Counted from the stretch's first letter, positions 12,477-24,945 are shown. The stretch is 64,000 bases of DNA from Basidiobolus meristosporus CBS 931.73 (GCA_002104905.1 MCFE01000299.1:36556-100555), one strand, 5' to 3'. Notes: generated by a model not told the origin, from the letters alone. Made by a program: numbers and translations.

Positions 12477-14012
12477 TTAATCTAAAGATCCAAACAACGT
12501 TCTATTTACACAGATAGGGCCATGCTCCAGTTCCAGAATGACACAGTCTTCAGGGGGAAACGCTGGTCCAGCAGTGTTTCTTTCATGATCATCATGATGG
12601 TTGGAGTTCACATTACTGGTTCGTTCGTCAGAGTCAGCTCCTGGGCCTCGGGATTCGTTGGCGAACCCATTCAAGCGCTGCTCCTCTCTATCATCGTTAT
12701 TCCAAGAGCCAGGGCCGCCTTGAGGGGATTGAAAATCTGGTTGACGGATATTGGGGAACTCTTCTGGCTGAGGTTGGGGGTTGGGCTGCTCTGTTTGCGG
12801 TCTGAAATTATCCGAGCGTCCATGGAAGTTGGGTGGATTATTCTGCTCAGTTTGTGGTCTGAAGTCTGAACCATCTTGATTTATCGGAAGCCTGAAGTCA
12901 TTGGGGCCTGATGGCTCTGTTTGGGGCCTGAATTCATCTGGATTAGGCTGCTGTGCTTGTGGCCTAAAGCTGTCTGAGTCGGGCCGCTCTATTCGTGGCC
13001 TTAGGTCACTCGGGTTTGGTTGCTCTACTTGAGGCCTGAAACCGTTAGAATTAGGCTGCTGTGCCTGTGGCCCAAAATTATCCGAGTCGGGTCGCTCCAT
13101 TTGCGGTCTAAAGTCATTCGGGTTCGGTTGCTCTGGTGGAAGTCTGAAGTCATTAGGATTAGGCTGCTGTGCTTGTGGCCTAAAGTTCTCCGGGTCGGGT
13201 CTTTCTACTAGTGGTCTAAAACTATCGGGGCTTGGCTGTTCTATTTGAGGTCTAAAATCATTTGGATTAGGCTGTTGTGCCTGTGGCCTGAAGTTATCCA
13301 AGTCGGATTGCTCCGTTTGTGGCCTGAAGTTATTTGGGTTCGACTGTCCTGTTTGCGAGTTGAAGCCATTCAAGTTAGGTTGCTCTGTTTGAGGCCTAAA
13401 ATCATCCTGGCTGGGTTGCACTGGTTGAGCTCTAAAGGTATTTGGGTTAGGTTGTTCAGGTTGGGGTCTAAAGCCATCAGGGTTGGTCTCTACATTGGGC
13501 CTGAAGACATTAGGATTAGGTTGTTCTGCCTGCGGTCTGAACTCGTTTGAATTATGCTGTTCTGCTTGATGCTCAAAATCAAAAGGATCGTGCTCCGGTT
13601 GAGGTCTTGACCCACGGCTATTTTCCTGATCCATATCATCGAAAAAGATGTTTCTGCCGTGTCTGGGTGGTTCTGGATTTTCAAAGCCATCCCGTCTTGA
13701 ATCCTCCACAGGAGGCCTATTCGCAAAATCACTTCTTCCGGGAAACGATCTTTCGGAATCCTCTGGACCATCGACCTGTCGTGAATGTCTGAAATCCTCG
13801 TCTAAAGGTCGTCGGTTGACGAATGAGGGACGAAACCTGCCAGCAGGGTTTGCTTCATCTTCAAATGGTCTTCTCCTAAATCGGTTAGGTATCCAGCCGT
13901 CGTCATTCGGGTTTGGCCTTCGAGGCCAACGATCATGAGAAAACGATTCCTGCCCGTTGATAGACAGGCTATGAAGAAGGACTACTAGAAGAGGAAGACC
14001 AAGAGATTTCAT
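12477..14012 (-). CDS. Secreted Pro/Gln/Asn-rich protein with ~20 tandem 12-aa repeats (FRPQxEQPNPND) and a short two-Cys C-terminus
   Basis: 511-aa single-exon ORF; signal peptide MKSLGLPLLVVLLHSLSING; 36-bp degenerate DNA repeat ~12860-13560; ends PEDCVILELEHGPICVNRTLFGSLD. Confidence 0.85.
   Translation of the reverse strand: MKSLGLPLLVVLLHSLSINGQESFSHDRWPRRPNPNDDGWIPNRFRRRPFEDEANPAGRFRPSFVNRRPLDEDFRHSRQVDGPEDSERSFPGRSDFANRPPVEDSRRDGFENPEPPRHGRNIFFDDMDQENSRGSRPQPEHDPFDFEHQAEQHNSNEFRPQAEQPNPNVFRPNVETNPDGFRPQPEQPNPNTFRAQPVQPSQDDFRPQTEQPNLNGFNSQTGQSNPNNFRPQTEQSDLDNFRPQAQQPNPNDFRPQIEQPSPDSFRPLVERPDPENFRPQAQQPNPNDFRLPPEQPNPNDFRPQMERPDSDNFGPQAQQPNSNGFRPQVEQPNPSDLRPRIERPDSDSFRPQAQQPNPDEFRPQTEPSGPNDFRLPINQDGSDFRPQTEQNNPPNFHGRSDNFRPQTEQPNPQPQPEEFPNIRQPDFQSPQGGPGSWNNDDREEQRLNGFANESRGPGADSDERTSNVNSNHHDDHERNTAGPAFPPEDCVILELEHGPICVNRTLFGSLD
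12860..13560. repeat. Coding minisatellite, 36-bp unit (some 33-bp variants)
   Basis: Recurrent ggattaggctgctgtgc(c/t)tgtggcct(g/a)aag on the + strand. Confidence 0.9.
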
Positions 14013-16180
14013 CGCTATGGAGGAAGTTTGTTTTGATGGATCATTGGCCCTGTGGGGCTTATATACAGTGGTAAATATCTACGACTACAGCTAATGCTCA
14101 CCGGACATATACAGAAAATGCTTTATTTATGCGTGAATTCATTTTATTTCAAAGGAAAGTAATCATTGTAGTCATGTCTTCTCTGCATAGAAGCAACTCT
14201 CGGAGATAGAGCTGTAAGGTATGTAATAGATACATATAAAACTTGACTAGTGGTATGCATGGTGGATTACACGCTTTGGGCGGGGAACGCTGAGCCGAAT
14301 TCCACCAGTAGTATGTAGTCGGAAAATAGCCTATTTTGAGGATCATATTTGTGTTCTCCAATATAGTCATAGCATCAAGGATGAGTGTGAATTTGGATGA
14401 CTGTATGTATGTGTTAGCAGTTGTGGCCCATTCATGTTGCACCGCCAGTAACATTGATTTGCCTGGCGATCTATCCCAGATCTCTTCAATATACTCATGT
14501 TTCCGTCCAGCCACCCACGCTTGTGCGTCCATCCCCCAGGACCATCACACCTGCGAGTCAAACGATTCGAAGGTAAATTATTGGTTCCAAATTTGTACAA
14601 ATGGGTAAGCTCAAAATTAATTTAGAACATGGAATGAAAGTTCAGATCTCAAGCCTTGAAGTCAACAGCCTGTTACATAGAGCATCCACACATATATCAG
14701 TGGTTCACCGCTAGCAGAGCTATTTAAATGGCGGTTTGTACACCACACAAGACCTTGACCGCTATGCTACTGTCAAACCTTGCCCCTCTGTGGCAGACTC
14801 GGTATTGATTAATATAATAACCGGAAAGTATAATAAGGATATTGCACAAACAACGATTCACCTGTATCAGTGCTGACTTCATACATCGGGATCTTCAGTT
14901 GAAGATATCTTTTCAATCTGCTTCATGGTTATCACGCTGGTCATTTGAATGGCAGGATAAAACGTATAAGGATCATTTTTGAGAATACCAATGGCCAAGT
15001 CCTTACATCCAAATTGTCGCAACAGTGGTACAGATGTGGTGCTACGATATGGCACTTCAATCTTTCAAGCCTCAATTTATCCTGGAAGATAGGCAGCATA
15101 TGCATACAAATAGAAAGCGATTCGGTACGTGGATAGATGAAGAATGCAGGGGGTAATATTTGAATATCTGGTTCTTGTTTTGACGAAAACCAATTGGTGA
15201 GGATTCCTAACGAGAATTGTCAATTAACTAATAAGGGATTGGTAGACGTCATTGGTTAAATGTGGAAGGCATTACTCATTGTATGCGAGTCCTAAACATG
15301 GATTGTTCACCGGGCCTTACGGTCAAGTGTTGAGGCCTATCCAAATCCTATGAGCAATCCTACAGGATCAAGTTCAACCTGACCTACAGAATTCTATACG
15401 ATTCACCCAGAGATCTATCATCTTCAGTACCCCAAGATCAGTGTATATATATGTATCCGAATCCAGTCTCCGTAAAATACATTGAAAAACGGGCTGGCAC
15501 TGTATTTGTGTTTTAGCAGCGAGATATATATAAAACAAAGTCCTGCTCCTGTGGCAAAGTAGGCCGTTGCTGAAATTACAGAAACTCAATTCATTTGCAA
15601 ATCAGCCCTCTCTTCGAATCATAATTGTCGGTCTTAAATAATGGGGATCCCATATCCCCATTCAGCGAATCCATGGATACTCCTCACAGATAATCCTGAT
15701 CAGCAAGCCGCTGTAGCATTTGATATTGATCCGACACATCAATTAGTTTCATCTTTTTGTCCGTTGTTTCGTTCAGTAATGATTTCATATATACTGAGAA
15801 GAAATGTAGGACAGGTGCTGGATAGTTGAATGTGATCACGGGTATTTTTATTAAACGTAGTCGCAAAATTACCCAACATCCCCTGACAGGTTACTTTCTG
15901 AAATCACAGATAACACTCAATTTCTCACTTTCTCGAAGGCTTATGGCTATTTGATTTTAGTCGTGTTTCCCGCGTTGTTTTTCTCGTCTGCACGATTGGT
16001 AATATACAGCTCTTTCCAAGGAAGACGGCTCTATTAAGTCACTCTTTTTATCCGACATTGATTCGCACGCTTCCTCTACCTGTATGTTGCTAAGCTATTA
16101 CTCCTGCGTCGTATGAGAGTAATGCTAAACCCCCCATTTTCAACCATTCTAGCTGTAACTTTACTATCCTGCCTACCCAA

Positions 16181-17588
16181 ATGGAGGTCAGAGAATTTCT
16201 GAGGAAGTGTAAACTGGAGCAATATGCAGACACCTTTATCTCTGAAGGTTTCGATCAGCTAAAATCGGTAAGTTCTTGATAATGGGGCGGCTGGCCTTAG
16301 CTTTTAATCTTTCTTACGATGGGCAATCTAGCTTCTAGAAATAACTGAAAGTGATCTGGCTGCAATGGATGTCAAACGAGGTCATCGTAGGGTAAGATTT
16401 CAATCATATTTGCTCTACGTCTACCGTGGACTCATCTGACTTTGACAATCCAGTTATTACAACGTGAAATAGCCAGTATCAGAGGGATACCTACCACACA
16501 CCCAATCGGTGTTCCACTGGTGCCTCCGGAGGGGGCATTTATATCGCTGAACGATCCTGGTAATGTTCCCATATTAGCTGCTATGGAGATAGCCTCTATC
16601 TAGCTTCAATTTTTTCCAAGTTTGAGCTAACTGTTGGCCTTTGTATTGTCTCTACTACATCTTGGACACTTTGTCACTCTCAAACAGGTATGTCGATACC
16701 CATGCATCAGCTCTCTCCGGCCTCTGGTGAGTTGAGTGGGGATGCCAATGGGAACAAGCGAAAATACAGGAGACATCCTAAACCAGATAAGAATGCACCA
16801 GAAAAGCCACCTTCTGCGTACGTGATGTTCTCCAACAAAGTCAGGAACGAACTTAAGGATCAGAATATGACGTTTACGGAAATCGCAAAAATCGTGGGTG
16901 ATCGATGGAAGTCGATTAGTCCGGAAGAAAAAGACGAAGTGGAACGCAGTGCAGCAAAGGAGAAAGAGGAGTACTATCAAATACTAAACGCATACAAAGA
17001 AACCGAGGAATATAGGGTACTAATTCATTCTTCGCACTCTCATTATTCCATCCCATTACTCAACCAGGTCCCGATTTTATTTCAGGAATACCAAAGGTAT
17101 CTGGAAGAGTTTAGAAAGAAATCAGGGAGTTGTGGTAAGGATTGTCATTTATCATAAATTACGTAGAACCCTACTTTCTAAATATTGGTAATGATGTATC
17201 TTTAGTCCGACCTGTGGGTAGACCTAGGAAACATCCCAAGATAGAAGACAGCCCAGAAAACTCCACAACAACCCAACATCCTTCTGGCATTGCTAACGTT
17301 GTTGGGGTTTCTCATATTCCGCATGTCACAGAAGTCTCGGGTGTGGGCCATGAACAAGCAATACAGAGTACTGCTACCCCACAGAACCTCCAGAATGTGC
17401 CAAACGTGCAAGATCTGCGTAGCATCCAGGCAGCTGAGACAGTGCATAACATGCAAGATATCCCACACGTTCAGAATGACGACAAACACCCAGCAGCAAA
17501 CCACAACAACAACCATGAACAAGATATCAGCCTTGAGTTCGTGGTCAGTCAGACAGGCCAAACTTTGTCCCCATCTGGGTTTTTCTAA
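16181..17588 (+). CDS. SAM-domain + HMG-box + AT-hook putative transcription / chromatin factor, multi-exon
   Basis: MEVREFLRKCKLEQYADTFISEGFDQLKS|LLEITESDLAAMDVKRGHRR|LLQREI (SAM); KRKYRRHPKPDKNAPEKPPSAYVMFSNKVRNELKDQNMTFTEIAKIVGDRWKSIS (HMG box); VRPVGRPRKHPK (AT-hook). Confidence 0.85.
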
Positions 17589-18352
17589 CAGCTCTCTCAT
17601 TAGCCATATCCATATATGTTATTTTAGCAGCTTTTCCAAGCAACAGTTCTTCGGGAGGAACTCTGACTTGAAAGCACGCCCCAACTCCTTTCTAAAGGAG
17701 TACCGATCTATCACTATCTCAATTTGTTGATGAAAAGGAGCCACCAACCTGCAAAAGATGCAACATCATGCATGGGCCAGCAGATGTAAAATTTCTATTT
17801 ATTTTTTGATCTTCAAGTTTATAGATCTCACCACCCTTTTCATTGGACTTTGATTGCTTCAATTCTTCTATACTTTTCATTCCACAATTATGAACTTATT
17901 CTCCTTGTTATCTCCACATCGGTACTTTCTTTCCGAACCAATTCCTACTTTTCATTCCAGCTGAAACTGAATGGTACGAGCATCAGTTAGTTGTAAATAA
18001 ATTTTTTTTGGGTTAGAAGAGTGCGACATTATGACACGGGGGGCCTCGTGAGTGATTCTCGACAGGCCCATGCAAAGGTTGCATTGTATGGTTTCGAAAT
18101 CCAATTACTTTGATCTGGACAGGTGGAGTTGGTACGAATCAGCCAGCGATCATCAAGTTGCATGGGGTATTAATCAAGATTTATTTACATGGCTTCAATG
18201 TTATTGTCAGCACACTTGCTCATGCATCGGGGGACCGATGTAACAAAGTAATAAAAACATGCCAACGAATCGGCTATCAATGGATGGCAGATGCGAGATG
18301 AGGGAGATGAAATAAACAGCAAAATTTGAGCGTGCGGTCGGTGTGATATCCG

Positions 18353-19876
18353 TTAGATGTTGGCCCTGGAGAAGTTGCATTCCAACAACGGGACCACCTT
18401 GGTCTTCTTCACCACCTTGTAGCCGACATAGAGGATGATGAATATAAAGATGCCAAGGTACGCTGCCACAATTCCACTCCAGTCGATGGGGTTGGATGAG
18501 AATCCAGTGTAGCCCTGGCCCAGCATAACAACCACGCATAGAGCCAACGCAAAGATGGGCCCGAAAGGATACCATTTGGCCTGGTACGGTAGTTTGCTAA
18601 TGTCATGCCCCTGGGCGATGTACGCCTTTCGGAAGCGATAATGGGAGACTGCGATCCCGAGCCAAGCGATAAACCCAGTAATGCTGGAGGCGTTGAGTAG
18701 CCAAGTGTATACAACTTTGTTGCCGAATAGGGAGGTAAGGAAGGAAAGGCAGGCGATCAGTGCGGTGAAAGCGAGTGCATAGATTGGGATGCCATTCGAG
18801 TTCACTTTGCGAAAGATTCTAGGGGCTTTCCCCTCGTTCGCCAGCATCCACAGTGTTCTACTTGCTCCGTACATTCCAGAGTTTCCCGCTGAGAGGACAG
18901 TGATCAGGATAATGGCGTTCATCACGTGTTTAGAAGCCTCGAAGCCGGAACGTTCAAATCCAAGGGTAAATGGGCTGGTGGTGACATCACTGCCGTTAAG
19001 CGCAGGATCGGTGTATGGAATAAGCATCGAGATGACGAATATCGCGCAAATGTAAAACAAGAGAATACGCCAAAAGACTTGCTTCACTGCTTTAGGCACA
19101 TCTTTCTCTGGGTTCGCTGACTCTCCCGCGGCTACGCCGACCATCTCCGTTCCTTGGAATGAAAATCCGGCTGCCAAGAAAACACTCAGCACTCCGAGGA
19201 ATCCATTTACGAAAGGCGCCTCTCCGATGGTGAAGTTGGAGACCCCGTAAACCTTTCCGCCCAGGACGCCGGCAGATACGAAGATGCCGACAATAACGAA
19301 CACGATGACGGTCACCACCTTGATGAGTGCGAACCAGAACTCGGCCTCACCGTATCCTTTGACCGAGAGCGCATTGAACCCAACTATAAGAACAAGGAGT
19401 AGAAATGACCAGACGATCCCTGGGCACTTGTCAGTGCTCACCCATAGCTGCATGATGCCTTCTCCTGCTGCAAGCTCCGTAGCAACGGTGATGGACCAAC
19501 TAAGCCAGTAGTTCCATCCCAGAGCAAAGCCGAATGCAGGATCCACGAAACGCGAACCATAGGTGTTAAAAGACCCCGAAACGGGCATGAAAGCCGCCAT
19601 CTCACCAAGACTTGTCATTAGAAAGAACACCATGACACCAATTAGAGCATAGGAAAGAAGGGCGCCACCAGGACCACCTTGAGAAATTGATTGACCACTG
19701 GCAATGAATAGCCCAGTACCGATGGTACCACCAATGGCAATCATAGAAAGATGGCGGGTTTTGAGAGTTCGATTGAGCTGTTCTTCGCTATTGTGTATTT
19801 GCACCACGGGGCCTTTGGTGTGCTCGTCGTGCGGCTTCTCAAAGCCCTCCATGCTGATGGATTCGGTGTACACCAT
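18353..19876 (-). CDS. lysP: APC-family amino-acid permease, bacterial LysP (lysine-specific permease)-like, intronless
   Basis: Uninterrupted ORF (ATG at 19876 or 19852). RHLSMIAIGGTIGTGLFIASG, GFSFQGTE, LSAGNSGMY, TGFIAWLGIAVSHYRFR, GPIFA and IDWSGIVAAYLGI run collinear with E. coli LysP as recalled. N-terminal tail is short. Confidence 0.88.
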   Translation of the reverse strand: MVYTESISMEGFEKPHDEHTKGPVVQIHNSEEQLNRTLKTRHLSMIAIGGTIGTGLFIASGQSISQGGPGGALLSYALIGVMVFFLMTSLGEMAAFMPVSGSFNTYGSRFVDPAFGFALGWNYWLSWSITVATELAAGEGIMQLWVSTDKCPGIVWSFLLLVLIVGFNALSVKGYGEAEFWFALIKVVTVIVFVIVGIFVSAGVLGGKVYGVSNFTIGEAPFVNGFLGVLSVFLAAGFSFQGTEMVGVAAGESANPEKDVPKAVKQVFWRILLFYICAIFVISMLIPYTDPALNGSDVTTSPFTLGFERSGFEASKHVMNAIILITVLSAGNSGMYGASRTLWMLANEGKAPRIFRKVNSNGIPIYALAFTALIACLSFLTSLFGNKVVYTWLLNASSITGFIAWLGIAVSHYRFRKAYIAQGHDISKLPYQAKWYPFGPIFALALCVVVMLGQGYTGFSSNPIDWSGIVAAYLGIFIFIILYVGYKVVKKTKVVPLLECNFSRANI

Positions 19877-20549
19877 TACCAAAAACTGATCGGAAAGGGT
19901 ATTTAGGACTGAAGGATATTTCACCCGAAGAGGCAAATAGGAATAAGCCTGAGCAAATTAGAAATAAGAAACCTGGGGTACCGGCATGCTGATATTTATA
20001 ACGAATTCGTGAGAATCAAAAACACTGCTGATGCAGTGATTACTTATCAATCACCAAGATACAGCGTGACCAGATACCAAGGTACCTGCGCTATATCATG
20101 AGCATCCGTCCTACAATGGATCATCGCCATAGCTTAGAAGCCTCCATTACTATTTGCATGCTGCTTTGACTATCCAGGTCTAGCCAATCACCCCGGCCGC
20201 TCCACCCGCTTCATGGCTATCTCAACAATCGGATGTTTTTCAAGGGAGTTCGCGGCTGTTTCGAGCAATCTACAAGCCTACCATATGAGATGTCAGATAC
20301 GAGCAACCCATCCAATCGGAAGGGCGGGCAGGCATGAAACAAAAGAGAATATGCCGTGTATTGTACGTACTTAAAACATTCTCTAAATGAATTTGCCAAT
20401 TATGTAGATTATACTCTCAAATTGATCGGATGATGGCTAAGCTGTATATGGAAATAGGGGTGATTGGGCCCACATCTACCACCCAGGCTGCATGGTCATG
20501 GGATGCCTGAAACGGAACCCCATACCGAGAATCGCCTGTGGATTGGGCC

Positions 20550-23250
20550 GTCAGATACTTGGCTGTGTAGCACTAGTGAGCCAGGACTAGAGGACCAGGT
20601 AGTGTGAATACACTCTGGGTTGAGAAAAATTGCGACACTTGGCACGATCGATGGCCACTTGTAGCAGAAGGCTGTTATTCGCTGCCCTGGTCTTTACAGC
20701 ATGTGACATAGGGATTGCTCCTATCTGGGATACCGATGGGCTGCCGGTATCGTGGAAACGTTCAGTTCCAGCCAATGCAGCGGGGTCATTTTCCAACGCC
20801 TCACGTGACGGCCAGGAGCGAGGGTGGTAGTTTGATTTGAAAAGGCATTTTCTGGAATCCATGGGGCATGTGAAGGGATGTTGATGTTTTGGTGATGTAC
20901 GACCATACTCCTGATTATTGGTAACATGCCAGTTTGTCCAATATGGTGCTGGGAATGGGAAGCCGATGCTGTCATGACTGGCAGCCGAGAATTCCCTCAA
21001 ATTGCTGATACCTTCGGGTTCAGAATAATACAGCAAGTGGGGGAAGCCACCACCATCATTGGAACAGAGCTGTCTTAGTCTTATCCCATCAGTTGGGTTG
21101 TTGCAGAGCCGTCTCATACACACAAGCTAGCCACGGACAACAGATTCAAGTTGATTGGTATGGCCATCTTACCATTGGCAGTGTTTGCTAAGCGCCCCCA
21201 AATATCAGACAAACCCAACAAAACCGTCATGTTGAGGCATGAGTGCGCTGCATCACCACAAGCGGTACCTTTTGGGATGCAGTCGGAAAAGCGAGGATTC
21301 CAAAGTGCCTATCTCAATCACCTAGTCTGTTTCTGTGCAATACCAGGCCTGTTGAAACAGTCGACTGTGTACGATATTGGTGGTAGCCAGATACCCACTA
21401 AGGCGACGCTTCTCTGTGGTTCACGAGAACATCTGTTGGGCGGAGTTGCAGATTATCGCATTGCAATTCAGCGATATGAAAGATGACTGAGCCCACTGGA
21501 CTTGCATCAATCTGAAATCCCCATTGGATCAGGTGGCTGCTGACACAATGCTGAAGCCAGACATTGATGCCGGTCATTTGAAAATCAATGCCGCCCATTC
21601 TTGTACTCAGTGGAATGCACCCCATTTGGGAACGTCGTGAATAGATAATTGACCGTCCACGGAGATTCGTCATATTCCGAGTATGGTTAGAGCGTTTGTC
21701 ACTCCACAAATCTGCCTTCAATGGGAATTCCAGTGGATGAATGAAGTCCGGATTCGTCTAGACGGTTGCATATTGTGGAAGGTCACAAGCGCAAAAACCT
21801 AACGCTGCTAACTAATGGTGTGCTCAGCGATTGCCCAATTCGATCCTGGTATTCTGGCTGATGGGACTACAAGATGATGTAAGTATGGTGATGAGGTTGA
21901 TGCTGAAAGTTCAGTGATAGGTTGTAATGGATGCTTCAGTATCGTAAGATGGACGTGGTTGGTTGTGTCTGCTGCATTGAAGAAGTTCTGGTGTGACACA
22001 GTGATATCGCTAAATCGGTCTCTGATTGACAAATTGGTGCAGAATGAACAAGCTCAGTTCCTTTCATGTGTCTCTAAACCAAGAATATGGAACACAACAG
22101 TGCCATACAGTCCGTGATAAATCTATTTGTGGTTGGCGCGCACACATGGTGGCGATAGAGGGCGAGAGATGAAGCGGTGGATGCTAGAATGGTGTTTGTT
22201 TGCGAACATACTGTCTTCCCAGTATAACCACCCTTTGTAATGGCTGACCTATAGACCAGAAGTGATTCATCCCTGAGTGGCACGGCGACGATAATGGAGG
22301 GGAAGCTACTGATGACAGAATATCGTATACATACAGTGGTGATGATTTGGTCTCAGTGAAGTTGTCAAGAGGTGTGTAACTTGAACCAGAAAAGGGAGGA
22401 CACAACATGAGGTACGCGGCGCCTACATCTCTCGAAAAGAATCATCTGTGCTCTCATTCAATTTTCACTCGGAAACTGGATTAAATGGAATCTTGGTCTG
22501 CTAGTGAGTCGAGATTTACACCATTTGGTCTCCAATACGAGGGGTTAAGGATTCAAGAGCGTGACTCAGTTTTCTGGTCTTTGCTCTTATGCGGTAGATC
22601 TCCGAGATCACTAATCCCCCTTGGTAGAATGATGAGGTATTGACAGTGCAACTCTATACCCTGGGAAGTTAGATCCGCCTATCTGTACCGACCACGGAGG
22701 CGGAGAGAACTTTCGAGGGCTTGCGTATGAGTGATAATGCTTTCCCACACCGAACGAGGAAAAGAGCCAGCTTGTCGTATTGGCCAGAGGGTGGGGGACC
22801 CGTGAAGTGCAGTTGGTGCTCGTGAATTCCACCAAGCGTGGGTAGACGGAAGCGCCCTCGATTTGCTAATAATAACTGACGGTTTGTTACTAAGTTTGTG
22901 GATACACATAGATCCTCTTTTCCCACCCACCTTATTTACCACCACTTGAATCCACAGCCAAGGAGTAGTGTGAGAAATAAATCGCCCATTGCGATTTATG
23001 TATTATGGCTGTATTCCAGGAATACTAATGTGGTGCATCTGCGACAAGGGTAATATATCCATCCTCCAGCGGACTTCTCAATAATACCAGCTCGAAGGCA
23101 GCCCTGAATATTTGAACGTAGCTGGCGCTTACGGTTTGGAGTAAACAGGCGGGATTTTTCACAACTGTGATTGCCCAAATGTGTGGGGCAAATATGGAAT
23201 CTGCAACAGAGCGCCCACCTACTTACTATGGAGAAAATGGAAATATGAAT
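20550..23250 (-). pseudogene. Highly degenerate retroelement pol-like remnant (RT/RNase H-like traces), CpG not depleted
   Basis: Frameshifted fragments in retroviral order on the minus strand: RSNIQGCLRAGIIEKSAGGW, VVNKVGGKRGSMCIHKLSNK, RFRLPTL, RFITDCMALL. No intact YxDD motif seen. Confidence 0.35.
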
Positions 23251-24597
23251 GAGGGGCTGCTATTGTATCATTGAAAACTGTGGCAGAACCAACGGGTAAG
23301 GCCTGCGAATAGAGGCCACGTTGCTAAGATAACAAATAAACCGCCTGATTAACAACTGCTGAATCGCCATGTCTATCATGGCATTTACTATTCAGCCAAA
23401 TGCTCTATGACCATATTGCCGCATACCTCATTCACTAGGTGTACATGCATGTATTGCGTCCCTATGTGCCATATGTATTCATTCGATCGATTTTTGGAAT
23501 ACTGCTTGATTGTTCCAGTATTCCCAAACAATATATTAATTGAGGCGCACAGTATGCCTCGATTTCCTGTTATAACGATGGTAAACATTGGGCAAACCGG
23601 CATAATGTAGCAATTATGAATCTTGTATGACAGCACCATTTGCCCCATACCGCCATCTTGTGCTTCGGTACGACTAGAGGTGCTGGAATTCTGTTTCTGT
23701 GTGGCACACTCCACACTGCTTCAGCCATTCTTTCCATATCTCATTAGGCTCTAAGCCTCACAGGAATAGTAGCGTTTGGATTTGGGGGCTTTCATGGTTG
23801 TGAGAACCAATTGAAGTGGCGTATTAGTCACAAGGAGACTCTAACATACAAGCATCATGATAACAACCTAAGAATCTAACTTTCTGCAGAATATATGCTT
23901 TATCTTGGCTCCCAGAAACCCTACAATTCTTGAAATCTCTAGGATATCATTAAGATGTATAGTATTTTGTTGGTGGAGATTGCTTTGAATGGATCCCATA
24001 AAATATTTGGCTCATGGCTAATAGACATGCTGTACTTTACCAATACTTGTGATCTCAGATGGAGCTGTGTACTTTGCTATCCATTTGCTACATTAGGGAT
24101 ATATGTAGGTAAATTTATCCATAGGTGGCACTCTATGTAGTCATATGGCATGCTGTAGGTCTATGACCAGCAGATGATGGAGGGAGCACATTGTACTTAT
24201 TCCTTTCCCAAGACCATGTAAATTATGAGGGCATTTTATTGTATATAACCACATGAACTCATCTAACATTTGTTTGTTAGCAAGTCAACTTTGTTGCAAA
24301 GTTAGGGCTTCACCCAACTCCGGAACTTGTTACTTGCTGTAAACCTAAGACCTTATTCAAGAACCGCTTTGGGCATTTTTCTGACTGGGGCATATAATCT
24401 GAGTGCAATGGGCATAGTTTAAGCTTATGTCTTCATTAATAAGGTAATTTGAGCTATATCCAAGATGGTTGGATCAATGATTTCTCAATGCTACAATAAT
24501 GACTTCTTGGATATATCTTCAAGCTGCACTTAACTGATCTATATGAGTAGAGTCTGGCAAGTACTAATACTTCCTTTATGCTGAGAGACCCTCTCAT

Positions 24598-24945
24598 AGT
24601 TGTAAAAATCTGTAGTTACACCTAAGTATCCAACCAACTTAGTCACTTGGATCATACCAAGAGAAACTTAAAGAATTCTCACCAAATTCCTTGTTGGATT
24701 TACTTGGATTATTTTGATCAAAACATATGGTACCCAGAACATAAAATTCCTCAAAGTTGCCCAAGCTGCCCCTAACCTTTCACGCATGCTCTTGGGATCT
24801 TCTTTAACATATTCTACTTGCTTGTTTTGCTAAGACCAAATCAAAGCATCAATACCATATTTAAATTCCATATATCATTAAGTTAAAATCACATAATCTA
24901 CTTGTTCTCCAAGTCACCTCCAATATCCCCAAGACTCTTACAACA
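24598..24945. mobile_element. Solo LTR (family A)
   Basis: (A)GTTGTAAA...CTTACAACA; flanks ctcat/ctcaa; internal sequence matches the 6629 and 55851 copies. Confidence 0.75.

Noticed and set aside
12860-13560. 36-bp periodic repeat as a CRISPR-like array
   Set aside because: No unique spacers; degenerate, in-frame coding repeat in a eukaryotic gene.
12522-13792. Several + strand ORFs overlapping the repeat gene
   Set aside because: Antisense shadows of low-complexity coding sequence.
14149-15150. 127-aa minus ORF and neighbouring blocks suggesting a glycosyltransferase-like gene
   Set aside because: No DxD or other diagnostic motif, an in-frame TGA just upstream, and no coherent exon chain.
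21240-21800. + strand frame with HENICWAELQII resembling DIRS RNase H
   Set aside because: Multiple stops, motif spacing unconvincing, and it conflicts with the minus-strand RT-like traces; no tyrosine recombinase seen.
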